From a virus, in IMG/VR virus record IMGVR_UViG_3300025929_000016, positions 5,252 through 69,251 of that record: a DNA stretch of 64,000 bases. One strand, given 5' to 3'. The translations under genes and the position numbers were made by a program. The notes under the pieces were generated by a model. That model searched no databases. It saw only the letters and a program-made list of their open reading frames with translations, and was not told where the DNA came from. Every line of letters begins with the position of its first letter. The first letter of the stretch is position 1. Positions 1 through 8,893 of this stretch are shown piece after piece.

Positions 1-306
1 GCCTTGGGACATACCTGCACCTGTGGAAACAACAATCAGGTCAAGGTCGGCGTCCAGCATTTCCTTGCGGCCTTCCAACGTGGACAAGGCTTTGCCGACG
101 AAGAAATCATGCTTGCCTTGTTTGAACTGCATGCCAAGGTTGTCCAGGATTTCAGCAATTTCTACCCGATCAAGAACCTTGAGCTTTTCAGCTAGTTCCT
201 CGCACTGCAAGCCGACGTACATGGCCGACTGGCGCACGTTGACTTCAAAGGCTGTATTGCCAGCATCAACATTCCAGTTGATAATAGCGTCGATTGGATT
301 CCTCAT
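1..306 (-). CDS. MazG-like/PRA-PH-like NTP pyrophosphohydrolase (3' end truncated by window edge)
   Basis: Not in ORF track. Hand translation from ATG at 306 gives MRNPIDAIINWN...LQCEELAEK...KEMLDADLDLIVVSTGAGMSQG, with the EExxE and ExxD acidic motifs of all-alpha NTP-PPases. ATGA overlap with the upstream gene. Confidence 0.7.
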   Translation of the reverse strand, partial: MRNPIDAIINWNVDAGNTAFEVNVRQSAMYVGLQCEELAEKLKVLDRVEIAEILDNLGMQFKQGKHDFFVGKALSTLEGRKEMLDADLDLIVVSTGAGMSQG

Positions 307-485
307 TGACCTGCCTCCTCGTTCAGGCGCTGTACGCCGTCTTGGTACGTTTTCAGGTTGATGTCCGTGGACAACTTGATTTCTGCCGAGCCGTACTTGC
401 CGGTGCAGTAATTGATCTTCATGATAAGCTGTTCCATCAGTTCCAGCTTCTTCTCCAGATACACGGTCTTTTCCATAGCCATCAT
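303..485 (-). CDS. small hypothetical protein
   Basis: 60-aa ORF with 4-bp overlaps to both neighbours. Confidence 0.55.
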   Translation of the reverse strand: MMAMEKTVYLEKKLELMEQLIMKINYCTGKYGSAEIKLSTDINLKTYQDGVQRLNEEAGQ

Positions 486-1276
486 GCTTCCTTTCGTTGT
501 GATGATTCATAAGCCTTTTTCCAGGCCACACGGACGTCGGTACGGGTCATCCCGTTCCAACTGGTTTTTGTGGATTTCTCCACGACTGTGACAAAGCCAG
601 GATGCAGACCCGCTAACACATGAGCATCCTCCTTCATCAATTCTAGCGTGCGGTAGTTGCTGCACCCGCCTGCGGCGTTGCTGCTGCCGTGGTCATTAGC
701 GTACTGATAGAACACAGCGTTTCGGTACCCGGCGCGAAGTATCTGGAGTGTCATATCCATATCTTCTTTGGTCTTGGTGCGGTCGAACCTGAAGCCGTTA
801 CTCCGGACTACGTCCAGGTCCAAGCCAAAGATACGCATGCTCCGACCCACCAACTTGACGTTCAGCGGTTCGTTCTGATTGCCTTCCCTGCTGCTGATGC
901 CCACCATTGGGTACATCTCGAGAAATTCCAGCATGTCCTGGAACATTTGTTCGTGTTCCGCTGGCGTCATCTTGTACAGCTTCTTGGCCCCGGTTTCCTC
1001 TTTCCGTGTGAAGAACGTCAGATCGTCGTCCATTATGATCAAGAATCGTGTCAACACGTTCTCGATGAGCCACTGCCGCGTCGCCGTCAAGTTGGTAATC
1101 TCGGTAGGCAGCACTAGAAGCTGATTGGTTGAGAAACCCGCCGTCAGGTACTGCGGGTATTCCTGTTGCTGGACACTGAACAACACCATATCGCGTATCG
1201 ACGGCGGCAGGTTGTTGTAGGTCACTTGCTTGTTGATCCGGCCGAGTGTGTTTATCACTATTGTTACGTTCTGCAT
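482..1276 (-). CDS. GT-A fold DNA glycosyltransferase (GREB1/JGT/TAGT-like; related to T-even beta-glucosyl-HMC-alpha-glucosyltransferase)
   Basis: Motifs TLGR, IIMDDDL (DxD), KEDMDMTLQILRAG, GGCSNYRT and VRVAWKKAY; AAGGAG RBS. Confidence 0.8.
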   Translation of the reverse strand: MQNVTIVINTLGRINKQVTYNNLPPSIRDMVLFSVQQQEYPQYLTAGFSTNQLLVLPTEITNLTATRQWLIENVLTRFLIIMDDDLTFFTRKEETGAKKLYKMTPAEHEQMFQDMLEFLEMYPMVGISSREGNQNEPLNVKLVGRSMRIFGLDLDVVRSNGFRFDRTKTKEDMDMTLQILRAGYRNAVFYQYANDHGSSNAAGGCSNYRTLELMKEDAHVLAGLHPGFVTVVEKSTKTSWNGMTRTDVRVAWKKAYESSQRKEA

Positions 1277-1398
1277 CGTACTGCTCCTTAGTTAGTATGG
1301 GACGCTGTTCATTTTCTCTGATCCAAGCTTCATCTTCCTCCTCAATGCCGATTAAAGGACTCCAGGCAAGGTGGCCGCTACACCAATCCCAATGTCCT

Positions 1399-1842
1399 TT
1401 AATCTGCGTTCTTCCGCGCTGCAAGATGTTCAAGAGCTTTCCGCTTGGCGGCTCGTTTGCCGGAACGCGGCGGTCGTACGGGTTCAACCACCGTGCCTTC
1501 CCCGCGACGTAGCTCTTCGAGTTGTTCTTTGGTGTATGGTTTGACATAAGGTACCATTCCTGAATAAATGTTGAATTGTTGACGCGTCCACCCGGTAATG
1601 TCCATAATAGACAATATCATACGAGCTGACAGTACTGCATCCCTAGCCCAGACATGGCTCAATGTTGAGTGGCTTATGTCCAGCAGTTTAGACAATGTTC
1701 TGTTGGACACGGTCTGATTTTCTGCTAGGTCAGGATACAGATGTTCTATCAGTTTGTTGTGTAACCGCGTCGGTGTGTAAGAAGGACTATTGAGAACTGA
1801 TTTGTTGTAAGCCTCAATAGTCCTTTTGCGTGGCTGGCTCAT
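1399..1842 (-). CDS. XRE-like helix-turn-helix DNA-binding protein
   Basis: SNRTLSKLLDISHSTLSHVW HTH pattern; start at 1842 overlaps the polymerase stop. Confidence 0.6.
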   Translation of the reverse strand: MSQPRKRTIEAYNKSVLNSPSYTPTRLHNKLIEHLYPDLAENQTVSNRTLSKLLDISHSTLSHVWARDAVLSARMILSIMDITGWTRQQFNIYSGMVPYVKPYTKEQLEELRRGEGTVVEPVRPPRSGKRAAKRKALEHLAARKNAD

Positions 1843-3728
1843 CCTGCTAACCCCCAATTGGCCCCACGACCTACGCTAACCAGCACCGGCACGTTGAGCT
1901 TATAAGCGTTGATCATGACTTCTTCCATTTCTCGAGCCGCTTCCTCATGCTGTGGATTACCGGTCTCAATGCTAAATCCAAGTTCATCATGCACCGTAAC
2001 AAGAGGATAACCCAACACATCGTATATACCACGACGATGACCTTCAACCATGGCCCGCTTTGTGATATCTGCGGAGCTGCCTTGTAGAACAGCGTTTGCA
2101 GCAGCATGAGTATGAGCGCGCTTAACAGGTCCAAACCGATCGATGGCTTCCTGTTTATCTTTGAAAGCATATATCTCTCCAGGCTTCTTGTCTTCCTTAC
2201 GGATGAACTTGGTTGACTCCCAGAAGTCAAAGCGGCGCTTCCGCTTGCCTATTGTGCGTATATAGCCCCGGTTGCTGGCCCGCTGCATAGCCGCTTCCAT
2301 GAAGGCTTTGGCGAACGGTGCCTTTTGGTGGTATAGTTCGAAGATCTTCTTAGCTTCACTCATAGACAGGCCAAGACTAGCAGCGAGCTTAGTAACGCCC
2401 ATCCCGTACACCAAGCCAAAGTTGATATTCTTTGCCTGCTTCCGAGTGACACCTGTGAGTTGCGCACACATTTCATGAAAGTCTGTGGCCGGGTTTTCAA
2501 TATACTGTTCTCGTGCAACATCTGCAACGCCTCCGGGGAGGGTCGACGCAAAGTGTACGAGCAATCGGTATTCAATTTGACTGAAATCGTATCGCAACCA
2601 CTCTTGCCCATGTTCCGGTAAAAACATGCCACGGCACTTTGCGCTGAAGTACGGATCTTTCTCCGGGTTGGGGATGTTCTGCAAGTTAGGTTTTGATGCA
2701 CTAAGCCTGCCCGTAACCGTGCCATACTCGTCGCCCTTTAATTGATTAAACTGCCCATGCACCCGGCCATTGACGTTGGACTCAACAATGTAGCCCTTGA
2801 TAAATGTGTTGAGGAAGTGGCTATACTTCTTGGCCTCACCCATGTCGGCCAGCATAGGGACTTGGTCTACGAACTTCGCTAGGTTCTTGGCGTTAAGGGC
2901 CGGGTTTCCTTTAGCAGTTCGAGGATAGACAATTCCAAGTCGGTCAAGCTCAGCTGCGATCTGCTTACTAGACTTTGGATTAATTCCGGCAAAGTTAGAT
3001 TGCAGGTCATGGAGCTTGGCTGTCCACTCAATTTCAAGCTGATCTGCATACCCTGCATCAACTCGCACTCCATTGAGATGCATTCGGGCGAGGATAGGGA
3101 GTAGATCACTCTCCATTCTCCATAGGTCTGACATTTCATCTGCTTCCAGCTCCTTTATCTGGCCGTGTATCATTTCCAAGGGTAAAGCGACGTCCTCCTT
3201 TGCATACGGTGCAACCACGTGCGCGGGACATTTCCATATGAACGCTTTCTCTTTGCCCGGCTTGCAACCATAGTTTTGACGGATAAACGCCTCCATCGCT
3301 TCATCCTTTTTGCCGCGACCCAACCGCTTTTGAGCGATCGCCTCCAGGGAGTATTCGAACTGATTTTCATCAAGCAGCGGCTCGGCGACTTGAACGTCCC
3401 AGAAAGGCCCGGCAATCTGTATTCCCTCTGTCCACAGATACGCACACTCGTACTGAAGATTCGCACCCGTTTTAGGTATTTCAGTTGTAAGTTGATCACG
3501 CAGATACCTCCATACAGTTGCTCTGTCCAGGTTGCCGCCGCCTTCGTGCCGCACCGGATAGTACTCAGACCACGTTCTGCCGTCCGGCCACAGTGCGGCC
3601 AAAGCCACGCCTACAATGTAGCCGTCTCGCACCGCGCCCATGCCCTTGTCGATTAGGTCAGGGTCGTAGGTCTCCAAGTCAACGGCGATTAGCTGCGCCT
3701 GCTGTAAGTCGGGATAGGTGACTGTCAT
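1839..3728 (-). CDS. polA: DNA polymerase family A with 3'-5' exonuclease domain
   Basis: ExoI VDLET; TGRLSASKPNLQNIP; motif A YDFSQIEYR; motif B RKQAKNINFGLVYGMG; motif C TVHDEL. Confidence 0.97.
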   Translation of the reverse strand: MTVTYPDLQQAQLIAVDLETYDPDLIDKGMGAVRDGYIVGVALAALWPDGRTWSEYYPVRHEGGGNLDRATVWRYLRDQLTTEIPKTGANLQYECAYLWTEGIQIAGPFWDVQVAEPLLDENQFEYSLEAIAQKRLGRGKKDEAMEAFIRQNYGCKPGKEKAFIWKCPAHVVAPYAKEDVALPLEMIHGQIKELEADEMSDLWRMESDLLPILARMHLNGVRVDAGYADQLEIEWTAKLHDLQSNFAGINPKSSKQIAAELDRLGIVYPRTAKGNPALNAKNLAKFVDQVPMLADMGEAKKYSHFLNTFIKGYIVESNVNGRVHGQFNQLKGDEYGTVTGRLSASKPNLQNIPNPEKDPYFSAKCRGMFLPEHGQEWLRYDFSQIEYRLLVHFASTLPGGVADVAREQYIENPATDFHEMCAQLTGVTRKQAKNINFGLVYGMGVTKLAASLGLSMSEAKKIFELYHQKAPFAKAFMEAAMQRASNRGYIRTIGKRKRRFDFWESTKFIRKEDKKPGEIYAFKDKQEAIDRFGPVKRAHTHAAANAVLQGSSADITKRAMVEGHRRGIYDVLGYPLVTVHDELGFSIETGNPQHEEAAREMEEVMINAYKLNVPVLVSVGRGANWGLAG

Positions 3729-3919
3729 TGGTAGTGCTCCTCTGGTATGCCAAGCACTTTACGCACGTACAATACTCGACCTGTCCAACCTTCATACAAC
3801 AAGGTAAGGCGCTCATTGACTGCGCCGTTGTGCTTATGCCGCCATATGTGATTTTCGAGATAAACACGGTTGGTGTCCACATGAAAATGCTTGACGAACT
3901 TGTCTACTTTGATCATCAT
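3725..3919 (-). CDS. hypothetical protein
   Basis: 64-aa ORF with AAGGAGG RBS, coupled to ligase and polymerase. Confidence 0.55.
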   Translation of the reverse strand: MMIKVDKFVKHFHVDTNRVYLENHIWRHKHNGAVNERLTLLYEGWTGRVLYVRKVLGIPEEHYQ

Positions 3920-4809
3920 GACATATCCTCCTTGCTACGTGTCCACTTGGCTACTGGATGTCTTGGCGCGTCTTTGACTCCGACGTCAAGATACTTAAAG
4001 GTGAGTGTTTTGCCGAGGAACTCAGCTTGATTCTGAAAGATGTACCCGCGCCAGTAGTCATCGAGACCGATGCCGGTTCCGATTTGGAATCGGATTCCTC
4101 CAAAGTCGACAACGAACGCACCCAAGTCTCCTCTGCCGACAAGGTTCGCTTTGTGGCTTGATCGCTCAGTTCTTCCCAGCTCATTGGTTGTGGCTTCGTT
4201 GTCATTCCGCATCCTTTCGACAAATCCGATGATTGTTGCTTCTGCATCCTTGAACTGCTTGACCTTGAGCAGGATGCCTTCCTTGGCGGTGCTGCGGCCA
4301 TACTTGTACCGACCATGCGGCGAGCGTATCATGACGCCTTCGTAACCACGTTCCAGCATTTCCGTTTCGTAGGTCAGCAGTTCGTCCATGTTCGCCATCA
4401 ACAGTTGCTCTACCAATCGCACATCGGCGCCGTACTTCCAACCCATTAACTGCATCAGCTCGTGCCGAACACTAAAGGTTGCGTCGGGATGCTGCACATG
4501 GTCAAACACATAGAACGTTGCGTTTTCGGCAGGCTTGCTATGGGACATTACAACGGATGTTGTGCTGCGGAACACATCTGGCGCTGTCGGGTCTCCAACA
4601 ATCAGCTCGCCGTCAAGATAAGCCAGTTCTGGCCGGTTGAACAGTTGCTGAATATTGGCGTTAGGTACTTGCTTCAGGCTGCGTGTAACAAAGCCAAGGC
4701 CCGGCACGTTGGTTGCGCGGATACCGTCCAGCTTGGGACTGGCAAGCACAGGAAATACGATGTTCTCAAGCACCGCATCGGATGCGAGCATAGGTTTGAA
4801 ATCTGGCAT
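3916..4809 (-). CDS. ATP-dependent DNA ligase
   Basis: KPMLA, adenylation motif SPKLDGIR, LDGEL, YEGVMIR, LLKVK; start placed at MPDFKP after an AGGA RBS. Confidence 0.95.
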   Translation of the reverse strand: MPDFKPMLASDAVLENIVFPVLASPKLDGIRATNVPGLGFVTRSLKQVPNANIQQLFNRPELAYLDGELIVGDPTAPDVFRSTTSVVMSHSKPAENATFYVFDHVQHPDATFSVRHELMQLMGWKYGADVRLVEQLLMANMDELLTYETEMLERGYEGVMIRSPHGRYKYGRSTAKEGILLKVKQFKDAEATIIGFVERMRNDNEATTNELGRTERSSHKANLVGRGDLGAFVVDFGGIRFQIGTGIGLDDYWRGYIFQNQAEFLGKTLTFKYLDVGVKDAPRHPVAKWTRSKEDMS

Positions 4810-4908
4810 TTTATATCCTGTATGTTGTGTTAGCAAATACTAACAGGGGCAATTATACCGTAGCTGCACGGCAAATTGCCCCTAGTCGAAACAAACTTAT
4901 TTCGAGCA

Positions 4909-5436
4909 CTACGCCATGTTGCGGTCTTTCATACGTTCCACAATCTTGAGCATGTGCATCGCCTGGGACTTGGCGTCATCCAGCGCATTGTGGTGCGTAC
5001 CCTGACGCATGAAGGTTACACGCGGGAACATGTTCTTCATGGTGCGATAGCAGCGATTGTTGAAGAACTTCCATGGCGTTTCCGAACCCACCTTGCGATA
5101 CAGTTCTGCGAGCATGGCATTGTCAAAGTCGCTGCCGTTACCCCACAGTTCCATGTAGTCCGGTGCCCAGATGCTGAACTGCGCCAACGCCTTATCAGCC
5201 GCGATGCCGGGTTCCGACAGTACCGTGCGGGCTTCTGAAGACTGATCTGACCACCATTTGAGCGTAGCAGGGTCAGACGTGCAGCCAAGGTCAAAGCACG
5301 ATTGTCGGTCGATGACCACATAGAATTCGCGGCCGAGTGCCAACGAGTCGAAATCCATCTCCACGGCGCCGATGGAAAGTATGGCACTGTTGGCCCCGGT
5401 GCCAAGGGTTTCCAGGTCTAGCATAACGTTATTCAT
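4909..5436 (-). CDS. DEDD 3'-5' exonuclease (Rv2179c/ExoVIII-like)
   Basis: VMLDLETLG, WGNGSDFD, HHNALDDA motifs. Confidence 0.9.
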   Translation of the reverse strand: MNNVMLDLETLGTGANSAILSIGAVEMDFDSLALGREFYVVIDRQSCFDLGCTSDPATLKWWSDQSSEARTVLSEPGIAADKALAQFSIWAPDYMELWGNGSDFDNAMLAELYRKVGSETPWKFFNNRCYRTMKNMFPRVTFMRQGTHHNALDDAKSQAMHMLKIVERMKDRNMA

Positions 5437-5845
5437 GCTTAATTCCTTGTTTGGTTTCTTCGTGTTTGATTTGGGCCAGGATGAGATTCTTGGCATATTC
5501 CAAGTCGCTGTAGTCTTCCCACATCAAGATAAGATTGCTGACAGCTTGCTCCCATGGTAGAATCTCTGCTTCTTGGTAATATTTCAGAAGCAGATGTCCA
5601 TACCCTCTGCAACGTTCTAGCATAGGAGGTCTGTCCAAGTCCAGATAGTTGCTTGCCAGTCGCTTGTCAATATAGCTAATAGACTTCTGCAAGTCCTGGA
5701 TACCGTTCTTCTTGTACCAACGGGCAATGTACTTGCTGGCCGCAGATTCCAGATGTGGGACATCTGCATCATCGCAATAGTCCCAGTGCTGATATCCGCC
5801 AGCGTAGTGATTACCACCGACTTGTTCAACGTGTGGCGTAGACAT
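5429..5845 (-). CDS. DUF3310 (SaV-like) protein
   Basis: QVGGNHY...KYIARWYKKNGIQDLQKSISYI signature. Confidence 0.8.
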   Translation of the reverse strand: MSTPHVEQVGGNHYAGGYQHWDYCDDADVPHLESAASKYIARWYKKNGIQDLQKSISYIDKRLASNYLDLDRPPMLERCRGYGHLLLKYYQEAEILPWEQAVSNLILMWEDYSDLEYAKNLILAQIKHEETKQGIKHE

Positions 5846-6368
5846 ATTGATTCTCCAGTCTGTCAAAGATATTGCAAACGACTTGTTCATAGTCGATTGG
5901 GCAAGGCAGGGTGCGCAGGAAACCGACGATGTTGTCATACATGTCGATCACGTGCTTATTGCCGTACATTAGTTGGTCGATGCAGTAGAAACCAAGCTCC
6001 AGGCTGTCGGCCCACTTCAGCAATTGCTGCTCGTCCTTGGTAAGGTCAACCAACAGGCCGTGGCGCCGATTAAACGCTTCTTCCATTATCTCCAGCTTCT
6101 GCTTGAGCAATGGGCTGCGCCACTTGGTATTGGCGGGCACATCCCCGGTGCTAGTCTCGGCCAGATCGTGGTAGAGCGCCGCCTTCATCAAGTTCATGCT
6201 AGGCTGACCGCCGGTAATTTCCAGCACAAGCATTGCCACGTGGAAGCTATGCTCACCTACGGTCTGGTGACCAATGGTAGGCACGGTGTGGCAGCGACGC
6301 GTCATCGCAGACTGGCGCAAGTCATACATTTTAGTGTCAACGTAAGAGTTGAGTTCGGACATGTCCAT
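5826..6368 (-). CDS. HD-domain 5'-deoxynucleotidase (YfbR-like)
   Basis: QTVGEHSFHVA, ALYHDLAE, TGDVP, LKWADSLE. Confidence 0.88.
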   Translation of the reverse strand: MDMSELNSYVDTKMYDLRQSAMTRRCHTVPTIGHQTVGEHSFHVAMLVLEITGGQPSMNLMKAALYHDLAETSTGDVPANTKWRSPLLKQKLEIMEEAFNRRHGLLVDLTKDEQQLLKWADSLELGFYCIDQLMYGNKHVIDMYDNIVGFLRTLPCPIDYEQVVCNIFDRLENQYVYATR

Positions 6369-7381
6369 TATGCTTTCTCCTTTGCATTGTCCCAACGCTT
6401 TTCCAGCCACTGCATCGTTACCAACCGCCAGTCGTCGGCCAGGATATCAGATGCGTAGTGCTTCGTTGCTTCCCGCTGCGGTTCCAACTTGTTCTTACGC
6501 CATGTGACATGGCTATTGAATGTGTTCCACATAGGGTCAACCACATCGCAGAAGAATGCCGACTTGTAATGCGTGGTTTCGTGACCGGTATCCCAGCGGA
6601 AGAAGAACTCTGCCAAGTCCTCATCCCAATGCGGGTCGGCACAGCCCATAGGGAAGGCTCGCACACCATCCTCGGCATACGGGTCTTGGAAGTCCCGGTG
6701 CTTGACAATGTCAACCCATTGCTGATTGAGGTAGCAGTGGAAGCTGTCCGTGGTTTGGTGATAATGGCCGAGGGCGACACCGAGCTTGTCAGCGATGTAT
6801 TCCTGGAGCATGCTGAACTGGCAGACGTTGGTGCCGGTGAGACCCCAGATGAAGTCATTGCTGCGATTGATCACGTGCATGTTCAACCGGCCCTGCCGCA
6901 CCTTGAGCATGACCATCAGGTTGCAGGGTGTGTCCTTGCCTTCGTACCACAGGTCATTGCGGTCACGAATGTTGATAACCACCTGCCGGCTGTCCGGGTC
7001 TTTTTGCAGACGCTCGATTGCCTTCTGGATCTGGTCATCTCCCATACCCGGCAGACCGCGCATCCGGCGACCGTAGGCACCGTAATAGGTGGAGCCGTTG
7101 TCGCTGTACTTCGCCATGTTGGGCACAAGGTATTGCAAGAAGTCGACGTCTTCCCGGCCTGCAAGAATCCACAGCGGCTCGAAGAAGTGTAGGAACGGGT
7201 TGATGTCCCGTTGTTTGTTGAACAACACGCGCTGGCGCGGGTCTTTGTAGCAGACGCTGACCGGCTGGTCGATTTCTAGCGTATCGCCGTGCTGACTGGC
7301 CTGCTTGACGCCTTGGTTGAGCAACAGATTGATGCCAATGGAATAAACTTCATTGACGTTGTTTGCCTTGATTGTGATCAT
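6368..7381 (-). CDS. thymidylate synthase-fold dUMP hydroxymethyltransferase
   Basis: GAYGRR, DPDSRQVVI, catalytic PCN, and RSNDFIWGLTGTN (Asn specificity residue indicates dUMP; WGxxGxN resembles phage hmdUMP synthases), SFHCY. Confidence 0.85.
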   Translation of the reverse strand: MITIKANNVNEVYSIGINLLLNQGVKQASQHGDTLEIDQPVSVCYKDPRQRVLFNKQRDINPFLHFFEPLWILAGREDVDFLQYLVPNMAKYSDNGSTYYGAYGRRMRGLPGMGDDQIQKAIERLQKDPDSRQVVINIRDRNDLWYEGKDTPCNLMVMLKVRQGRLNMHVINRSNDFIWGLTGTNVCQFSMLQEYIADKLGVALGHYHQTTDSFHCYLNQQWVDIVKHRDFQDPYAEDGVRAFPMGCADPHWDEDLAEFFFRWDTGHETTHYKSAFFCDVVDPMWNTFNSHVTWRKNKLEPQREATKHYASDILADDWRLVTMQWLEKRWDNAKEKA

Positions 7382-7581
7382 TTTCTTCTGCCTTTATTGT
7401 CTCGGGATTCGAAACCGCCTGCTGCCGCAAACGCCTTCAACTTGTTGTACTGCTGCATTGCCATCTGCGGCGTGGAATACCAGATATGGCTACCCGGCCC
7501 ACGTACACGATATGCTGGAATGTTCGTGACTTCGCCAAACTTCGTTGCAATACCGAAGCCTTCACCTGTAGAACTTGTCAT
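7378..7581 (-). CDS. hypothetical protein
   Basis: 67-aa ORF with GAGG RBS; stop overlaps the next start. Confidence 0.55.
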   Translation of the reverse strand: MTSSTGEGFGIATKFGEVTNIPAYRVRGPGSHIWYSTPQMAMQQYNKLKAFAAAGGFESRDNKGRRK

Positions 7582-7598
7582 ATTATCCTCTGTATAAG

Positions 7599-8483
7599 TT
7601 ACTTGCCTGGATACCCACTACGAGGCTTACCTTCCCCGAGGCGGACTCTGCTATGTTTGTCGAATTCGCATAGACAGTTCTGTACGTCATGCACCGGTAA
7701 TTCTATTCCTGTGCGCTGGCGTATTGCACATTGTAGCACAAGAAGTTCCTCTTGTACACGGTCCGTTTTGATGCTCGCTTCCAGTGGCCGGGCGAAGTAA
7801 CGATTCAACCCTCGCCTGCTGCCCGGCCCTATAGGTGCCCAAGTCATCCAGTCGCTGGCGTTGGCGAGGACGGAAGTGTGCTTCAAGTCAGCTACAACCT
7901 GACCGGCCATGAAGCTCCCCATGCCGTCGAACCGTGTGAGTTCGTTGTGGAAATGGTATAACGATTCCCAAGGTAGACTGTCCATGAAAGCCTTGCTGTC
8001 ATGTATCGGCTTCACCACACGGTCAAGTATATAGTCAATCTTGTCCATGCTATGACCGTTGGTGCTCACCAGATAAGCGCCTGTCCAGATCTTGGCTCCT
8101 TTGGCACGTGCTTCTTTTAACGCCAAACGGATGGCATGAATATACCCTTCAAATGAATGCACTTCGCACTCAGGGAACCCAATCAATTGCAACGTGCTTT
8201 CCCTGTTGAACAACCGGGCGATGACCATGGCCGTAACCATGTTCGGGTGCGTATCATACGGGTCACGCCAGTTGCGCTTGATCCACTTGGTGACCTTGTC
8301 GTCTTCCCGGCGCACGTTGCAGAAGCGATATTGCTGGATGATAGGGTCGTGCGTCCACGGCGCAGGGAAGCCACTTTCCCTGCCTACCCGCGCCCGTTCG
8401 CGCTCTATGATCCAATGGTAAAAGAAAGCCTGATGGTTCTCCAGGCCAGCGTAGTCAACGAGTGGTGTGAGTGGTATGTTCAT
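7599..8483 (-). CDS. aGPT-Pplase1 / 5-hmdU DNA kinase helical-domain family protein
   Basis: WIIERE...PWTHDPIIQQYRFCNVRREDD, ARLFN, GMGSFMAGQVVADL, GPGSRRGL, QNCLCEFDK. Confidence 0.85.
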   Translation of the reverse strand: MNIPLTPLVDYAGLENHQAFFYHWIIERERARVGRESGFPAPWTHDPIIQQYRFCNVRREDDKVTKWIKRNWRDPYDTHPNMVTAMVIARLFNRESTLQLIGFPECEVHSFEGYIHAIRLALKEARAKGAKIWTGAYLVSTNGHSMDKIDYILDRVVKPIHDSKAFMDSLPWESLYHFHNELTRFDGMGSFMAGQVVADLKHTSVLANASDWMTWAPIGPGSRRGLNRYFARPLEASIKTDRVQEELLVLQCAIRQRTGIELPVHDVQNCLCEFDKHSRVRLGEGKPRSGYPGK

Positions 8484-8884
8484 AAGTCCTCAGTAACGTG
8501 TTTCCACGAAATTTTCCTTTTTATTTGGCTCACAGTGGACTGGGAAACGCCAAAGTTATCGGCAATTCTTTGCTGCGAACCATATGCTTGGTAAATCAAC
8601 CTCACCAATTCCTCGTCTATAATCGCATTCAGAACCTGTGAGCCTCTGGGTTGCCTTCCCTTATTAACCTTATCTTTCATATTATCTTCATGCGTACCTA
8701 AGAATAAGTGATCAATGTTATAGCAGTTTCGAACATCACACTTATGCAACACCTGAAGACCTTGCGGTATTGGACCATGGTGCTTCTCCCACTCAAGACG
8801 ATGGACTTTGAATATTTTTCGGTTTATGGTGCGTTGTCCATAGCCGTGGCTTGATGCTCCTTCCCACAGTATGCATGGTGTCAT
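8480..8884 (-). CDS. free-standing HNH homing endonuclease with C-terminal HTH
   Basis: CILWEG...GYG...VHRLEW...VLHKCDVRNCYNIDHLFLGTHEDNMKD; C-terminal SQQRIADNFGVSQSTVSQI. Confidence 0.9.
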   Translation of the reverse strand: MTPCILWEGASSHGYGQRTINRKIFKVHRLEWEKHHGPIPQGLQVLHKCDVRNCYNIDHLFLGTHEDNMKDKVNKGRQPRGSQVLNAIIDEELVRLIYQAYGSQQRIADNFGVSQSTVSQIKRKISWKHVTEDL

Positions 8885-8893
8885 ATCAGTTCC

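Noticed and set aside
798-1547. 249-aa minus-strand ORF
   Set aside because: Overlaps the glycosyltransferase and HTH genes out of frame; no recognisable motifs.
1839-3728. Intron or intein in the DNA polymerase (or in TerL/helicases)
   Set aside because: Reading frames are continuous, lengths are normal, and no intein splice motifs were seen.
6368-7381. dCMP hydroxymethylase (T4-like hmC) or ordinary ThyA
   Set aside because: The specificity position is Asn rather than Asp, and the WGxxGxN motif plus the neighbouring aGPT-Pplase1 gene favour dUMP hydroxymethylase. Plain ThyA is not strictly excluded.
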